Positions 34,374-43,441 of a DNA stretch of 64,000 nt are shown here, piece after piece (the first letter of the stretch is position 1; each line of letters begins with the position of its first letter). This DNA comes from a virus (taxonomy: Duplodnaviria; Heunggongvirae; Uroviricota; Caudoviricetes). The stretch spans positions 107,214-171,213 of IMG/VR virus record IMGVR_UViG_2595698869_000001; one strand, given 5' to 3'. The notes under the pieces were generated by a model that saw nothing but the letters and a program-made list of their open reading frames with translations, made no database searches and was not told the DNA's origin. A program made the position numbers and the translations under genes.

Positions 34374-35791
34374 ATCAGCGCTCCTTGGCTCGGATCGGCC
34401 GGCGCGTAGACGGCGCGGTTGATGGTGGTCTCCGGCTCGCCCGAGCGCTTGTTGGCGCCGTGACGCTTGATCGTGGCCCGGATGGCGTAGCGCTTGCCGG
34501 CCTCGGGACGGTACTTGCCGGTGTGGAAGTTCACCACCGCCGAGCCGTCATCGCAGCGGATGGCCACGATGCAGGTCGTCTCGCCGAAGTCGTTGGTGTA
34601 GAGGTTGGTCCGCACGACCTCGCCCACGAAGTCCACACGCTGGCCCTCGGCGGCGTCGAGGTGCTTGGCAGGCGGGCGCTGGGGAGCGTCGGCCTTCTTG
34701 CGGGCGTCCTCCTCGCGCTCCAGGGCGCGGCCGACCGACAGACCGACAGCGGCGACGATCACCCCGATGCGCTTGACCAGGACGAAATCTTCCTGGGCGA
34801 GCACCATCTTGATGTTCTCGTGGAACGGATTGCCCGGCTTCAGCGAGCGGATGTAGTCGGTGAAGCCCTCGCGGTCGAATTCCGGATCGAAGCCCTTGTA
34901 GGAGTCGATGATCTCCTGGTTGCGCTTGCGCTCGTAGTCCGACAGGCCATAGCCCCGGTTGCCGAACATCAGCAGGCCGACATGCTTGCGCGATTCCTCC
35001 TTGCTGTAGCCGCCGAACCGGCGAGCCACGCGGTACGAGGTCCGCAGGAGTTCGCCCAGGTCGACGTACTCCTCGCCCTTGCGCCAGCCGCCCGGATCGC
35101 CCTTGAAGTTGTTCAGGTCATCCCAGAACGACAGCATGCGGACCGGATCGGCCCCCATATAGGCTTTCAGGCACGAGGCCCCGATCATCTTGATCCCGTC
35201 GGCGGTCTCGCAGACGAAGGTGTGTTTGCGGCGCTGGTTGACGCCGCAGTGGGCGCACTCGCCAGCGTGTACACGCATCCCTTCCACGACGTCGTTGGCG
35301 GTCTTGTCGACCAGCTTGAGGTAGTGCCCCGTCTTCTCGGCGGCTTCGTAGATGCCCAGGACGCGGCCCTTCTCGCCGACCATCGGCGGAACCGACAGGG
35401 TGATCTCGATGCGGCGCACCACCATGGCCTCGTCGCTCAGATAGGGCGAGGGAATGTCGACCACCTTGCGCTCCAGGACCTCCAGGGTCTGGGCGCCGTG
35501 GGCGGCCCGCTTCTGGAGCTTGGCCAGCAGGCGCATGAAGCGTTCCTCGACGGCGAAGCCCATCATGAAGGTCAGGACGGCTTGGCCGTCGCGCACGCCT
35601 TCCTGGGCCTCCCACATGGCGGTCCGGTGAGCCTCGCGCTCCTGCTCGTCCTCGAAGATCGACACGCCCCTGGCGGTCACGACCTCGACGCCGTCGACCA
35701 GCACGCTGGCCTGATCGGCGACCGTCTCGGGACGCTCACCGTAGGTTTCCAGCATGTAGTCCTGGTAGCTGCCTTCGAATTCGCCAAACAT
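34370..35791 (-). CDS. hypothetical protein (473 aa) with C-terminal OB-fold-like region
   Basis: First gene after promoter 35844; C-terminus VDFVGEVVR...TTCIVAIRCDDGSAVVNFHTGKY. Confidence 0.55.
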   Translation of the reverse strand: MFGEFEGSYQDYMLETYGERPETVADQASVLVDGVEVVTARGVSIFEDEQEREAHRTAMWEAQEGVRDGQAVLTFMMGFAVEERFMRLLAKLQKRAAHGAQTLEVLERKVVDIPSPYLSDEAMVVRRIEITLSVPPMVGEKGRVLGIYEAAEKTGHYLKLVDKTANDVVEGMRVHAGECAHCGVNQRRKHTFVCETADGIKMIGASCLKAYMGADPVRMLSFWDDLNNFKGDPGGWRKGEEYVDLGELLRTSYRVARRFGGYSKEESRKHVGLLMFGNRGYGLSDYERKRNQEIIDSYKGFDPEFDREGFTDYIRSLKPGNPFHENIKMVLAQEDFVLVKRIGVIVAAVGLSVGRALEREEDARKKADAPQRPPAKHLDAAEGQRVDFVGEVVRTNLYTNDFGETTCIVAIRCDDGSAVVNFHTGKYRPEAGKRYAIRATIKRHGANKRSGEPETTINRAVYAPADPSQGALI

Positions 35792-35852
35792 GATCGGCTC
35801 CTCTCGCTGTCGTGAGGGAGCTTGTACGGACTCATGCCGATGCTGTCAACAC
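35792..35852 (-). promoter_or_regulatory. Cassette promoter (leader variant GACAGCGAGAGGAG)
   Basis: GTGTTGACAgcatcggcatgagtccgTACAAGCtccctcacGACAGCGAGAGGAGccgatcATG. Confidence 0.5.
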
Positions 35853-35873
35853 TCTAACGCCAACAAAGAATCG

Positions 35874-36194
35874 CTAGGCCGCGTCCTCGGGCGCCATTTC
35901 GAGCGTCAGGGTGTACATGTCGTCGACGCCGATCGCCGGCTCGATCCCGACGATCACGCAGGTCCTGATCTTGCCGCTCTGGGCCTCGTAGATCACCGTG
36001 TCGTCCAGGCGCGGACCTTGGCAGTGAACCATCACGCTGGCCCGGTCGATCAGCAGGGGCTTCCTGAACCATCCGCGCTTGACCTTGCGCGGCGGCGCGA
36101 TCTTGAACGTGCTGGCGTGGAGCGCGTGTCCCCAGCCCTGCTTGGCGGGCCGGAAGTCGAAGGTGCGCGGGGCTTTATCGAGGCGCAGGAGCAT
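35874..36194 (-). CDS. hypothetical protein (106 aa)
   Basis: AAAGGA SD. Confidence 0.45.
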   Translation of the reverse strand: MLLRLDKAPRTFDFRPAKQGWGHALHASTFKIAPPRKVKRGWFRKPLLIDRASVMVHCQGPRLDDTVIYEAQSGKIRTCVIVGIEPAIGVDDMYTLTLEMAPEDAA

Positions 36195-36402
36195 GGTGGT
36201 CCTTTTCCAGAGTGCGGCGCTCCAGGCGCCTGTGGCCGATGAAGGTGATCATGTCCTTGGCCTGGACACGCGTGGGCATATAGCCTCCGAACCGCCGCTG
36301 GAGCGGGATGCGCCGGTACTTGGCGTCGAACTTCCAGCGCCAGCGCCACGCGTCGGGGTTCTGCCGCGCGAGGAGGGCGAAGACGAAGGACGGCGGGATC
36401 AT
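36175..36402 (-). CDS. hypothetical protein (75 aa)
   Basis: GGGAGA SD; high GC3; 20-nt overlap downstream. Confidence 0.4.
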   Translation of the reverse strand: MIPPSFVFALLARQNPDAWRWRWKFDAKYRRIPLQRRFGGYMPTRVQAKDMITFIGHRRLERRTLEKDHHAPAPR

Positions 36403-36644
36403 GGATTGTCTCCCGAGAGGACCGAGAAGGTCGCCACCGGCGTCTTGCCGTCCAGCGGATGACCCAGGATCAGTTCGGGGTCCTCGTCGCCCTCGCGGTC
36501 CTTCCAGACCACCTTGCCGTGATAGGTCATGACGCCGGCCGGGAGGTTCTGGCTGACCAGCCGCAGGGTCTCGGCATAGACATGGGTCCAGTCGAATAGG
36601 TTCACCTGGGCCGGATTGTTGGTCACGCTGACGATCAAGGGCAT
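36399..36644 (-). CDS. hypothetical protein (81 aa)
   Basis: Real tail of ORF 36399..37007; ATGA/TGATG couplings. Confidence 0.4.
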   Translation of the reverse strand: MPLIVSVTNNPAQVNLFDWTHVYAETLRLVSQNLPAGVMTYHGKVVWKDREGDEDPELILGHPLDGKTPVATFSVLSGDNP

Positions 36645-37198
36645 CAGGAGGTCGAGCCTTTCAGATGGGTGTGGCCGCGATGGAACATGGTGGCGGCCTG
36701 CTTTTCGGTCCGGCACGGCCCGAACCACAGGCTGTCGCCCTGGCGGCGGGCGGCGATCCCGTATTCCCGCCGGGGCTCTTCGAGATAGGGGAGCGTCGTC
36801 AGGGCGCTCAGGACCTCGTAGGGCGTCTCGTCCGCCTCGATCTGGTCGTCGGTCACGGCGATGTAGAAATAGAGGTCGCGATCGGCCAGACCTAGCGGCG
36901 ACTTGGCCCGGAACGAGCGGTAGCTCGACCAGAACCAGCCTCGCCGCATCTCCAGGCCCCGACGGACGCCGAGCAAGCCCTCCTGGGTCTCGCCCTCGGG
37001 CCAGCACCCGAGGATCGAGGCGCTATAGGTCGCGCCCTCGGGCTCGCCGAGGTCGGCGCGGACAGCCGTCATGGCGATCGCCTTGGCCTCTTCCTCGTCG
37101 GCCGCCGCGATCTCGATCTCGGTGACCAGGGACTGGGAGACCTTGACCAGGAACCGCTCAGTCACGGAGACCTGCGAGTTGGAACGCCGTGGCGCCAA
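36644..37198 (-). CDS. hypothetical protein (start uncertain)
   Basis: Coherent sequence; ATG 37198 lacks SD, alternative GTG ~37165. Confidence 0.45.
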   Translation of the reverse strand: MAPRRSNSQVSVTERFLVKVSQSLVTEIEIAAADEEEAKAIAMTAVRADLGEPEGATYSASILGCWPEGETQEGLLGVRRGLEMRRGWFWSSYRSFRAKSPLGLADRDLYFYIAVTDDQIEADETPYEVLSALTTLPYLEEPRREYGIAARRQGDSLWFGPCRTEKQAATMFHRGHTHLKGSTS

Positions 37199-37850
37199 CG
37201 GCCGCCGCCAGTTCTTGCTTCAGGTGCTCGACGTCCTCCTTCAATTCCTTGAAGTAGGGCGTGTCGGCGAGCAGGTCCTGCATTTTCCAGGCCAGGGTGT
37301 AGGCCCGGTGGACATAGCTCGTCGGATCGTCCTCGACCATCTTGACGACGTCGATCGCCTTCAGTTCGATCAGGCCCTCGGGACCCTTGATGAACACCAC
37401 GTCGTGCGGCTCGATGATCCGAACGCCGCCCGAGGCGAGGTTCTTCAGGACACGCTCGCGGTGCTCGCAGTGGTCGACCACGCCGATCTCGCCGCGCAGG
37501 GCGTGCGGCGGGTTGTGGGTCACCATGACGACCCGATCGCCCGGCTGGAACGCCCAGCGCACTTCGGGGTCGTTGAGGTGGTCGTCGACCATCTGGCGGA
37601 TCGTCGCCAGGGAAGTGTGGCCGTAGCAGTCGCCGTGGAGGACGTAGTGGATGATCTTCCACTCCTTCTTGGTCGGCATCGGGATTTCCTTCCCGTCGCC
37701 GTCGCGGCCGTGATAGTAGGCCGCCGTGCCCAGGCGATGGATGAGTTCGAAGGGTTCGCCCTCGTCGGTGATCTCCGGATGCTCGTCGAGCAGCGCGATC
37801 ATCTTGGCGAGGCTGTAGGTGAGCGGTCGGGTGGCGGGGCGCTGGGTCAC
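37158..37850 (-). CDS. hypothetical protein (230 aa)
   Basis: GGAGAAG + 5 nt + GTG overlapping upstream TGA; His-rich motifs HGDCYGH, THNPPH, VDHCEH. Confidence 0.45.
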   Translation of the reverse strand: MTQRPATRPLTYSLAKMIALLDEHPEITDEGEPFELIHRLGTAAYYHGRDGDGKEIPMPTKKEWKIIHYVLHGDCYGHTSLATIRQMVDDHLNDPEVRWAFQPGDRVVMVTHNPPHALRGEIGVVDHCEHRERVLKNLASGGVRIIEPHDVVFIKGPEGLIELKAIDVVKMVEDDPTSYVHRAYTLAWKMQDLLADTPYFKELKEDVEHLKQELAAAVGATAFQLAGLRD

Positions 37851-38731
37851 AGGTGCTTCTCCAGGCTCAGGTCGTCGATCACCGCCTGGGCGATCGCTTC
37901 CAGATTGAAGTGGCCGTCGATGACCGTGTCCTGCGCATCGTCGGCGTCGACATAGTTGGACGGCGTCGGCGCCGGGGCTTCCAGGATCGCACGCTTCAGG
38001 GCGTCGGCCAGGATGACCGCCGGGGTCCGCTTGACCTTGGCCTTCTTGACCTTCCAGTTGAGGTCCTGGAGGCGCACGACGCGGCGATCGCCGTCGACGA
38101 TCTCCTTGAAGGCGCCGGCCTTGATCAGCCGCTCGACCGTGTCGTCGCTGAAATGCGGGTTGGCCTCGTCGACCGGGAAGGTTGTCCAGCAGTCCTGGCC
38201 CAGTTGGGTCAGGGTGCGCGAGGCGTTGTTCGCCGCGACGATGGCGTGGTACTCGTCGGCGAGCATGAACTGCTCGTAGCCAGGGCCGCAGAGCGTGCCC
38301 CGATCGTTCAGGACCTCGACATAGCAGTTCTCGCCGTTCCAAGAATCGGAGAGGTAGCACTTGACCAGGGTGTAGGTCTTGCCGACGGTGTAGTTCTCGT
38401 TGCCGCCGACATAGACCGCCTGGGCGTTCTGTGGGAACGGCCAGCGATACTGCTCGTGGTCGGGATCGAACGCCTCCAGGACCTTCAGGATCGAGTCCAG
38501 GCTCACCTCGTCGGGGGTGAAGCGCTTGTACTTGCCGTCGGCGTCGCGGCCGTGGAAGAGGTCCTGGCACTCGCGCACGATGTCGTACTCGAACGGCCAG
38601 ATCGCGCCGCCGCGATAGTCCGAGAGGACCTTGTCGAACTCGGCGACCGAGGCGCCCGACGCGGCCATGGCAAGCAGCGTCTGGAGGATTTCGGCCGGCG
38701 GGCGGGCGTAGGCGTGGGGCTGTCGGATCAT
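37847..38731 (-). CDS. hypothetical protein (294 aa)
   Basis: GAAGGTG SD; ATGA overlap. Confidence 0.5.
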   Translation of the reverse strand: MIRQPHAYARPPAEILQTLLAMAASGASVAEFDKVLSDYRGGAIWPFEYDIVRECQDLFHGRDADGKYKRFTPDEVSLDSILKVLEAFDPDHEQYRWPFPQNAQAVYVGGNENYTVGKTYTLVKCYLSDSWNGENCYVEVLNDRGTLCGPGYEQFMLADEYHAIVAANNASRTLTQLGQDCWTTFPVDEANPHFSDDTVERLIKAGAFKEIVDGDRRVVRLQDLNWKVKKAKVKRTPAVILADALKRAILEAPAPTPSNYVDADDAQDTVIDGHFNLEAIAQAVIDDLSLEKHL

Positions 38732-39090
38732 TGGTCCGACACCTTCGCCAGTTGCTTTTCCAGTTCGGCGCGCAGTTCAGCGTCGCTCAGGCCCAGGCGC
38801 TCCTTCATGAACGCCACCGCCTCGGCGGTGGTCTCGAAGGAGCGGGTCTCGGCATCGGTGCTGTCGCGCAGGCCAAGGATTTCGATCACGCCCCAGAACG
38901 TCGCCCAGGCGGTGGCGATCAAGGCCGCCAGCGTGATGGCGAAGCCGAAGTCGAACTGGCGCGCGGCGCTCAGTTCCCCCACCTCGACCGCCGTCCAGGC
39001 CACCGCCACGAGGCTCACCGAGGTGAGGTGAAGCAGGGCGCTCGTGCGGGTGTGGGTCGGGCGGACGGTCAGGGTCATCTTGTCTTGCAT
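38728..39090 (-). CDS. membrane protein (120 aa)
   Basis: First gene after promoter 39145. Confidence 0.5.
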   Translation of the reverse strand: MQDKMTLTVRPTHTRTSALLHLTSVSLVAVAWTAVEVGELSAARQFDFGFAITLAALIATAWATFWGVIEILGLRDSTDAETRSFETTAEAVAFMKERLGLSDAELRAELEKQLAKVSDQ

Positions 39091-39153
39091 GAGGGTCTCC
39101 TCTGCGGTTGTCGTCGCCCGCCTCTTAGGACAAGGCCGCAGCCTTGTCAACAC
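39091..39153 (-). promoter_or_regulatory. Cassette promoter + leader
   Basis: GTGTTGACAaggctgcggccttgtcCTAAGAGgcgggcGACGACAACCGCAGAGGAGaccctcATG. Confidence 0.5.
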
Positions 39154-39155
39154 AT

Positions 39156-40289
39156 TCAAGCCAACGTGACGCCGAGCGTCGCGGCCATCTTCTGGAGCGC
39201 CGCGCGCTGGGTCTTGATCTGCTCGTCGAACTTGTCGAAGGCGGTCAGGACGTCGGTCTCCAGCTTGCCGAGCGCTTCCCACTGCTTCTTGAGTTCGGCG
39301 CCGGCCAATTCCGCCGCCTCGTTGCGTTCGGGGCCATAGACCCGCTCGCGCATTTCGGCGACCCAGGCCCAGGGCAGACCCAGGTCCTCGGCGACCTTCT
39401 TGTCGGTCCAGGTCCCGATGTAGCGCTGCTGGATCGTGTTGTAGTGGACGTCGAGGGCCTCGATGATCCGGCGGTTCTCGGCCGGCGTCGCCGTGCGCGG
39501 CGGATCGGCGAGAGGAACAGGTGTGGCGACGGCGGCTGCGGTGGCGGGCACGGGGGCGATCTCCGAAACAGGGTTGGGGGCGTCCGGGGCAAGCTTGCCC
39601 TGGCGGATCAGACGGGTGCGGGCGGCGTTCTTCTGCCGCTGGGAGCGTTCCTCGGGGGTCATCGACTCCCAGTAGCGGCGGGAGGCCTCGCCCTGCTTGG
39701 CGGCGGTCTCGGCCTTCTTGGCGGCGGCGCGCTCGCGGCGCGTGGCGTGACCCTTGGCGGTGGCGGCCGAGCGCTGTTCGGGAGTCATGGCGCTCTGGAC
39801 CCGGCGCAGGCGCTCGGCGTCCCCGCGCCCGCTCTTGGCCTTGAGGCCGCTCTTGACCATCGCCGCCTCCACGAGGGCGGCGCCGACGGCGGTCGGAGCG
39901 TTGGCGGGATTGGGCTTAGGTTCCACGATCTCTTCCTTTGGAATGATCTCGAATTTCGAAAGGGCGTTCGAGACGGTGTAGACGGCCGCGTCGAGCAGGA
40001 TGTCGTGTTGGTTCTCGGGCGGCTGCGAGGCGGCCTTGGCCAGCCCGTGGCAGGCGGGACAGACGTCCTTGGTGCGCGAGCCGCCGACGGACCAGCCGCG
40101 TTTGCGGAACATCCTGGCGGCGAACTCCGCCGGGATATGAGGCGATCGGGTGGTGATGGGGATGGCGTCCTCGGCCGGGCACTTGCGGCAGACGATGACC
40201 ACGTGGTTCTGTCGCTTGGACAGATCGCCGTTCAGGGGACGCATCTCGACCCGGAACGCATCCCGTGTCGCCAGTTTTGTCGTGCTCAT
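39156..40289 (-). CDS. Zn-finger (CxxC...CxxC) protein, hypothetical
   Basis: CRKCPAEDA...CPACHG N-terminus; Ala/Lys/Arg-rich linker. Confidence 0.55.
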   Translation of the reverse strand: MSTTKLATRDAFRVEMRPLNGDLSKRQNHVVIVCRKCPAEDAIPITTRSPHIPAEFAARMFRKRGWSVGGSRTKDVCPACHGLAKAASQPPENQHDILLDAAVYTVSNALSKFEIIPKEEIVEPKPNPANAPTAVGAALVEAAMVKSGLKAKSGRGDAERLRRVQSAMTPEQRSAATAKGHATRRERAAAKKAETAAKQGEASRRYWESMTPEERSQRQKNAARTRLIRQGKLAPDAPNPVSEIAPVPATAAAVATPVPLADPPRTATPAENRRIIEALDVHYNTIQQRYIGTWTDKKVAEDLGLPWAWVAEMRERVYGPERNEAAELAGAELKKQWEALGKLETDVLTAFDKFDEQIKTQRAALQKMAATLGVTLA

Positions 40290-40298
40290 GCTATGGGT

Positions 40299-40538
40299 TC
40301 ACCGACATGAGAAGCATACCTCATCTTCTAGCTCGGACGGATCGCACCAGTGGTCGCAGACCTCGCACTTCCAGACCTTGCGGTCGAGGAAGGTGAAGAA
40401 GGCGTCCGGGGCGTCGTAGTAGCCGAACGGGAAGCCGGCGTTGTCGACGGCCTCCTGGACGTCGATCGTCGTGCCGATCATCTTCGGCGCCAGACGCAGC
40501 GCCATGGCCATCAGTTCGGGGCCGCCGGGCTCAGCCAT
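40299..40538 (-). CDS. hypothetical Cys-rich small protein
   Basis: GAAGG SD; CEVCDHWC...CFSC. Confidence 0.4.
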   Translation of the reverse strand: MAEPGGPELMAMALRLAPKMIGTTIDVQEAVDNAGFPFGYYDAPDAFFTFLDRKVWKCEVCDHWCDPSELEDEVCFSCR

Positions 40539-40869
40539 GGGCCTTCGCCTTTCTCGGGCGGTTCTCGTCCCACCAGACATGCCACTCGGCCTTGGTCATC
40601 CACGGCTGCTTGCGGCGGTCGTTATAGACCCCGAGGCCCTCGCGCGTGACCTGATAGCGCTTGGAGCCGCGCGTCATGAAGGGCAGGCGCTGCTCGGAGA
40701 TCACGTAGCCGCGCTTCTCCAGCTTGGCCAGCGTCGCCGAGTGGTGCGAGCCGTTCGAGCCCCCGACTTCCATTGGCGTATGCCAGCGGATCGGCTCATC
40801 GCGGAAGGTTGGGATGAGACAGCCCAGAACCTCCCAGTCGCGGTCGGTGAGGGGACGCAGTCGGCTCAC
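40531..40869 (-). CDS. hypothetical protein, possible winged-helix
   Basis: GGAGAG + 7 nt + GTG (GTGA overlap); HSATLAKLEKRGYV. Confidence 0.45.
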   Translation of the reverse strand: MSRLRPLTDRDWEVLGCLIPTFRDEPIRWHTPMEVGGSNGSHHSATLAKLEKRGYVISEQRLPFMTRGSKRYQVTREGLGVYNDRRKQPWMTKAEWHVWWDENRPRKAKAHG

Positions 40870-41039
40870 CGCAGTAGCTCTCCGTCGGCGATCCGGATGT
40901 CGCTCAGGGGATAGTCCTGGAAGAAGGCGCGCAGCCGCTGGCGTAGCATCCCCTCGACAGCCTCGGCGTTGTTCAAGGTCTCGAAGAGGTCCTCGAACAT
41001 CTGGCGCTCATTGGCGCGTAAGGGTCGGGTCTTCGGCAT
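40866..41039 (-). CDS. small hypothetical protein (57 aa)
   Basis: Start follows full cassette leader GACGACAACGAAGGAGacctcgATG. Confidence 0.4.
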   Translation of the reverse strand: MPKTRPLRANERQMFEDLFETLNNAEAVEGMLRQRLRAFFQDYPLSDIRIADGELLR

Positions 41040-41099
41040 CGAGGTCTCCTTCGTTGTCGTCATGCGGCTTCTAGGTCGACTTTGCCGGATTGTCAACAC
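41040..41099 (-). promoter_or_regulatory. Cassette promoter + leader
   Basis: GTGTTGACAatccggcaaagtcgacCTAGAAGccgcatGACGACAACGAAGGAG. Confidence 0.55.
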
Positions 41100-41329
41100 A
41101 TTCCAGCCAGCCGGGCGATGTAGTCCCGCATCGCCGCGCTGGACGCATAGCGCCATGTCCAAGGGACCTGCTCGGGCCGCGCGCCGTTGAACCGGCAGAG
41201 CCAGAGGAAGGCCGCCTCGGAATGGGGCCAGTTCTCGGCGTCGGCCGAGAAACCGGTCATGCGGAAGCACGCCGCGACCTCGGCCGGCGTCAGGTTCGGG
41301 TCGCGCACGGCCTTGAGCTTGACCTTCAC
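41093..41329 (-). CDS. hypothetical protein; stop codon lies inside the -35 box; true start unclear
   Basis: High GC3; coding signal continues ~75 nt upstream of the GTG with no canonical start. Confidence 0.4.
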   Translation of the reverse strand: MKVKLKAVRDPNLTPAEVAACFRMTGFSADAENWPHSEAAFLWLCRFNGARPEQVPWTWRYASSAAMRDYIARLAGMC

Positions 41330-41405
41330 CTCCTCGGGCGGCGCGGGTGGCGGGGGCTCGACCTCGTAGCCGGCCTTTCGCAGGAGCTTGATCGCGGCGG
41401 CGATC

Positions 41406-41654
41406 TCAGGACTCGGTTTCAGGTTTCCACTCCCCGCACCAGGAATTCATGTGGACCAGCGGGAATTCCGCCCAGCCGATCTGGTCGGGCGGGTTGTCCC
41501 CGTGGAAGCTGCCGCCCGTTCGCGCGGGGTGGTAGCGCGACGGGCCGACCTTGATCGAGGGTGGGAAGCGCCGGCAGTCGCCGTGCATCTGGACCGCGCC
41601 CGTCTCAAGGAAGAACCGGCAGGTCTTGCAGGATTGACCTTCGGGCTGTCTCAT
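41406..41654 (-). CDS. hypothetical Zn-finger small protein (82 aa)
   Basis: ATGA overlap; CKTC...HGDC motif. Confidence 0.45.
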   Translation of the reverse strand: MRQPEGQSCKTCRFFLETGAVQMHGDCRRFPPSIKVGPSRYHPARTGGSFHGDNPPDQIGWAEFPLVHMNSWCGEWKPETES

Positions 41655-41917
41655 GCGGGGACCCTGCCGGCGCTGACGGCCGCGCGCCAAGCGGCGACGT
41701 CGCCCAGAACCGCGCCGCCCAGGAAGCGGTCCTCATGGACCGGCACGTCGCCGTCGGCCAGCGCCAGCAGATCGAGTTGGGCGTCGATCCACTGCTGCTC
41801 GCTCATATAGGGCTGGTGGCGCGCCGTGGCGCGGATGCCGTATTGCAGGCGCTTGTCGTAGAGGGTGAGACGCAGGCCCGCGTGGTCGCGCTCGATCCAG
41901 ATGTCAGGCCGCTGCAT
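41651..41917 (-). CDS. hypothetical protein (88 aa)
   Basis: GAGGAGG SD. Confidence 0.45.
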   Translation of the reverse strand: MQRPDIWIERDHAGLRLTLYDKRLQYGIRATARHQPYMSEQQWIDAQLDLLALADGDVPVHEDRFLGGAVLGDVAAWRAAVSAGRVPA

Positions 41918-42935
41918 CGGCGACCTCCTCGACCTCTTCCTCGCTCGGGGCGATCGTCGAGCCCGAATATTCCTGGAGGTGGTCGACCGCCTTCTGGGCC
42001 AGCGACGCGGCGGTGAAGATGAAGCGCTTGTCGCCCTTCAGGACCTTCAGCCAGGAGGCGACATAGGAGGCGTGGTCTTCGCGGACTTCCGGGGTCAGGC
42101 CGAGGATGGCGCAGAGGAAGGCCGAGCCCAGTTCGGCGACCAGTTCCTCGGCGGCGTAGGCCTCGTCACCGAAGCGCTTGCCGAACTCGCGGTTCAGGCG
42201 GTCCTCGCGACCGGTCCAGTGGACGAACTCGTGGCCGAGGGTGGCGTAGTAGCTCTCCTCGTCGCGGAAGGCGTCGAACTGGGGCATCTGGATGAAGTCC
42301 AGGTGCGGCGAGAAGAAGGCCCGATGGCCGCCGTGGCGCACCTCGGCGCCCGTGGCGGCGAAGAACTTCTCGACCGCCGCGTTGCGCTCCAGGACCCGCT
42401 TGGCTTCCTCGGCGGGCGTCGCCGGGGCCGGGGCGGGCTTCTGGTAGAAGCGCTCGGGCAGACCGTCGATCTGCTCGACGTTGAACACCAGATAGGACTT
42501 CAGGAACGGGATCATCCGCTCGACGTCCTTGCCGTTCGAGTCCTTCTCGGTCTTCTTGAACTTGGAGGCGTAGACGATCAGTTCGGACTTCTCGCCCTTG
42601 CGGACCTGACCACCCAGGTCCCTGGCTTGGTTGTAGGTCATCCAGGTTGGGTTGGTGTAACCGCGCTCCTGCGCGGCGGCCCACAGGAGGACCACGTTGA
42701 TCCCGGTGTAGCGCTGGCCCGTCACGCGGCGCGGATAGATCGCCATGCCAGCCGAGGCGCCGCCGGGAGCCGACCACGGCTTCAACCAGGGACGCACGCC
42801 AGCGTCGAGCGCGGCGACGATCTTGTCGGTGATCTTCTGATAGAGGTCGACCTTCACGGTTTCGGTCGAGGCCTTGCCCGTCTCCTTGGTGGAGCGCTTG
42901 GTCGGCTTCTTCTTGGCGGCGGTGGTCTTGGTCAT
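41904..42935 (-). CDS. ardC: ArdC-like antirestriction protein (ssDNA-binding N-domain + HExxH metallopeptidase-like C-domain)
   Basis: LYQKITDKIVAALDAGVRPWLKPW N-terminal hallmark; GHEFVHWTGRE zinc motif; first gene after promoter 42986. Confidence 0.7.
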   Translation of the reverse strand: MTKTTAAKKKPTKRSTKETGKASTETVKVDLYQKITDKIVAALDAGVRPWLKPWSAPGGASAGMAIYPRRVTGQRYTGINVVLLWAAAQERGYTNPTWMTYNQARDLGGQVRKGEKSELIVYASKFKKTEKDSNGKDVERMIPFLKSYLVFNVEQIDGLPERFYQKPAPAPATPAEEAKRVLERNAAVEKFFAATGAEVRHGGHRAFFSPHLDFIQMPQFDAFRDEESYYATLGHEFVHWTGREDRLNREFGKRFGDEAYAAEELVAELGSAFLCAILGLTPEVREDHASYVASWLKVLKGDKRFIFTAASLAQKAVDHLQEYSGSTIAPSEEEVEEVADAAA

Positions 42936-42994
42936 CAGGGCCTCCTCGTTGTCGTCGAGGGGGTTCTAGCCGGCGACCGCGACCTTGTCAACAC
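42936..42994 (-). promoter_or_regulatory. Cassette promoter + leader
   Basis: GTGTTGACAaggtcgcggtcgccggCTAGAACcccctcGACGACAACGAGGAGGccctgATG. Confidence 0.55.
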
Positions 42995-43202
42995 TCTCGC
43001 GCCAGTTCTTAATCGCTTGGCGTTCCGCGAAGGTGGGCTGGCGCTCCCAGCAGGCATACTGCTCCGAGCCTCGGGTACAGTTCTCACGGATGATCTCGCC
43101 ATCCGCGTTGTGTAGCGGCGTGTAGGGCTTCTTCATGCAGTGCCCGAGATACTGCCCCACCCAGGGGTGCCAGAGGCGGCAGTTGCCGCAGACCTGCCTC
43201 AT
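42966..43202 (-). CDS. hypothetical Zn-ribbon protein; 3' end encodes the ardC promoter
   Basis: CGNCRLWH...CTRGSEQYAC; codons GAG AGT GTT GAC AAG spell the -35 box. Confidence 0.4.
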   Translation of the reverse strand: MRQVCGNCRLWHPWVGQYLGHCMKKPYTPLHNADGEIIRENCTRGSEQYACWERQPTFAERQAIKNWRESVDKVAVAG

Positions 43203-43441
43203 CAGGCGCTCATTATCGCCGCGCAGAGGATCATCACCACCAGCCCGCCTACGATCGGGCAGACGATCAGCGACATGCAGAACGTCAAGGTCGGGTGGTC
43301 GATGAAATAGAACAGGTAGGGAGGCGGTTGGGGCTGGTTATAGAGAACGGCCGCGCCCAGCGCCAGCGCGATGGCGCCGATGATCCAGGCCAGTCCATAC
43401 CAGAAGGCGCCCTGGAGAAGCGTTTCGACTTTCGGGTTCAT
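43202..43441 (-). CDS. small membrane protein
   Basis: Two hydrophobic helices; TGATG coupling. Confidence 0.45.
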   Translation of the reverse strand: MNPKVETLLQGAFWYGLAWIIGAIALALGAAVLYNQPQPPPYLFYFIDHPTLTFCMSLIVCPIVGGLVVMILCAAIMSA

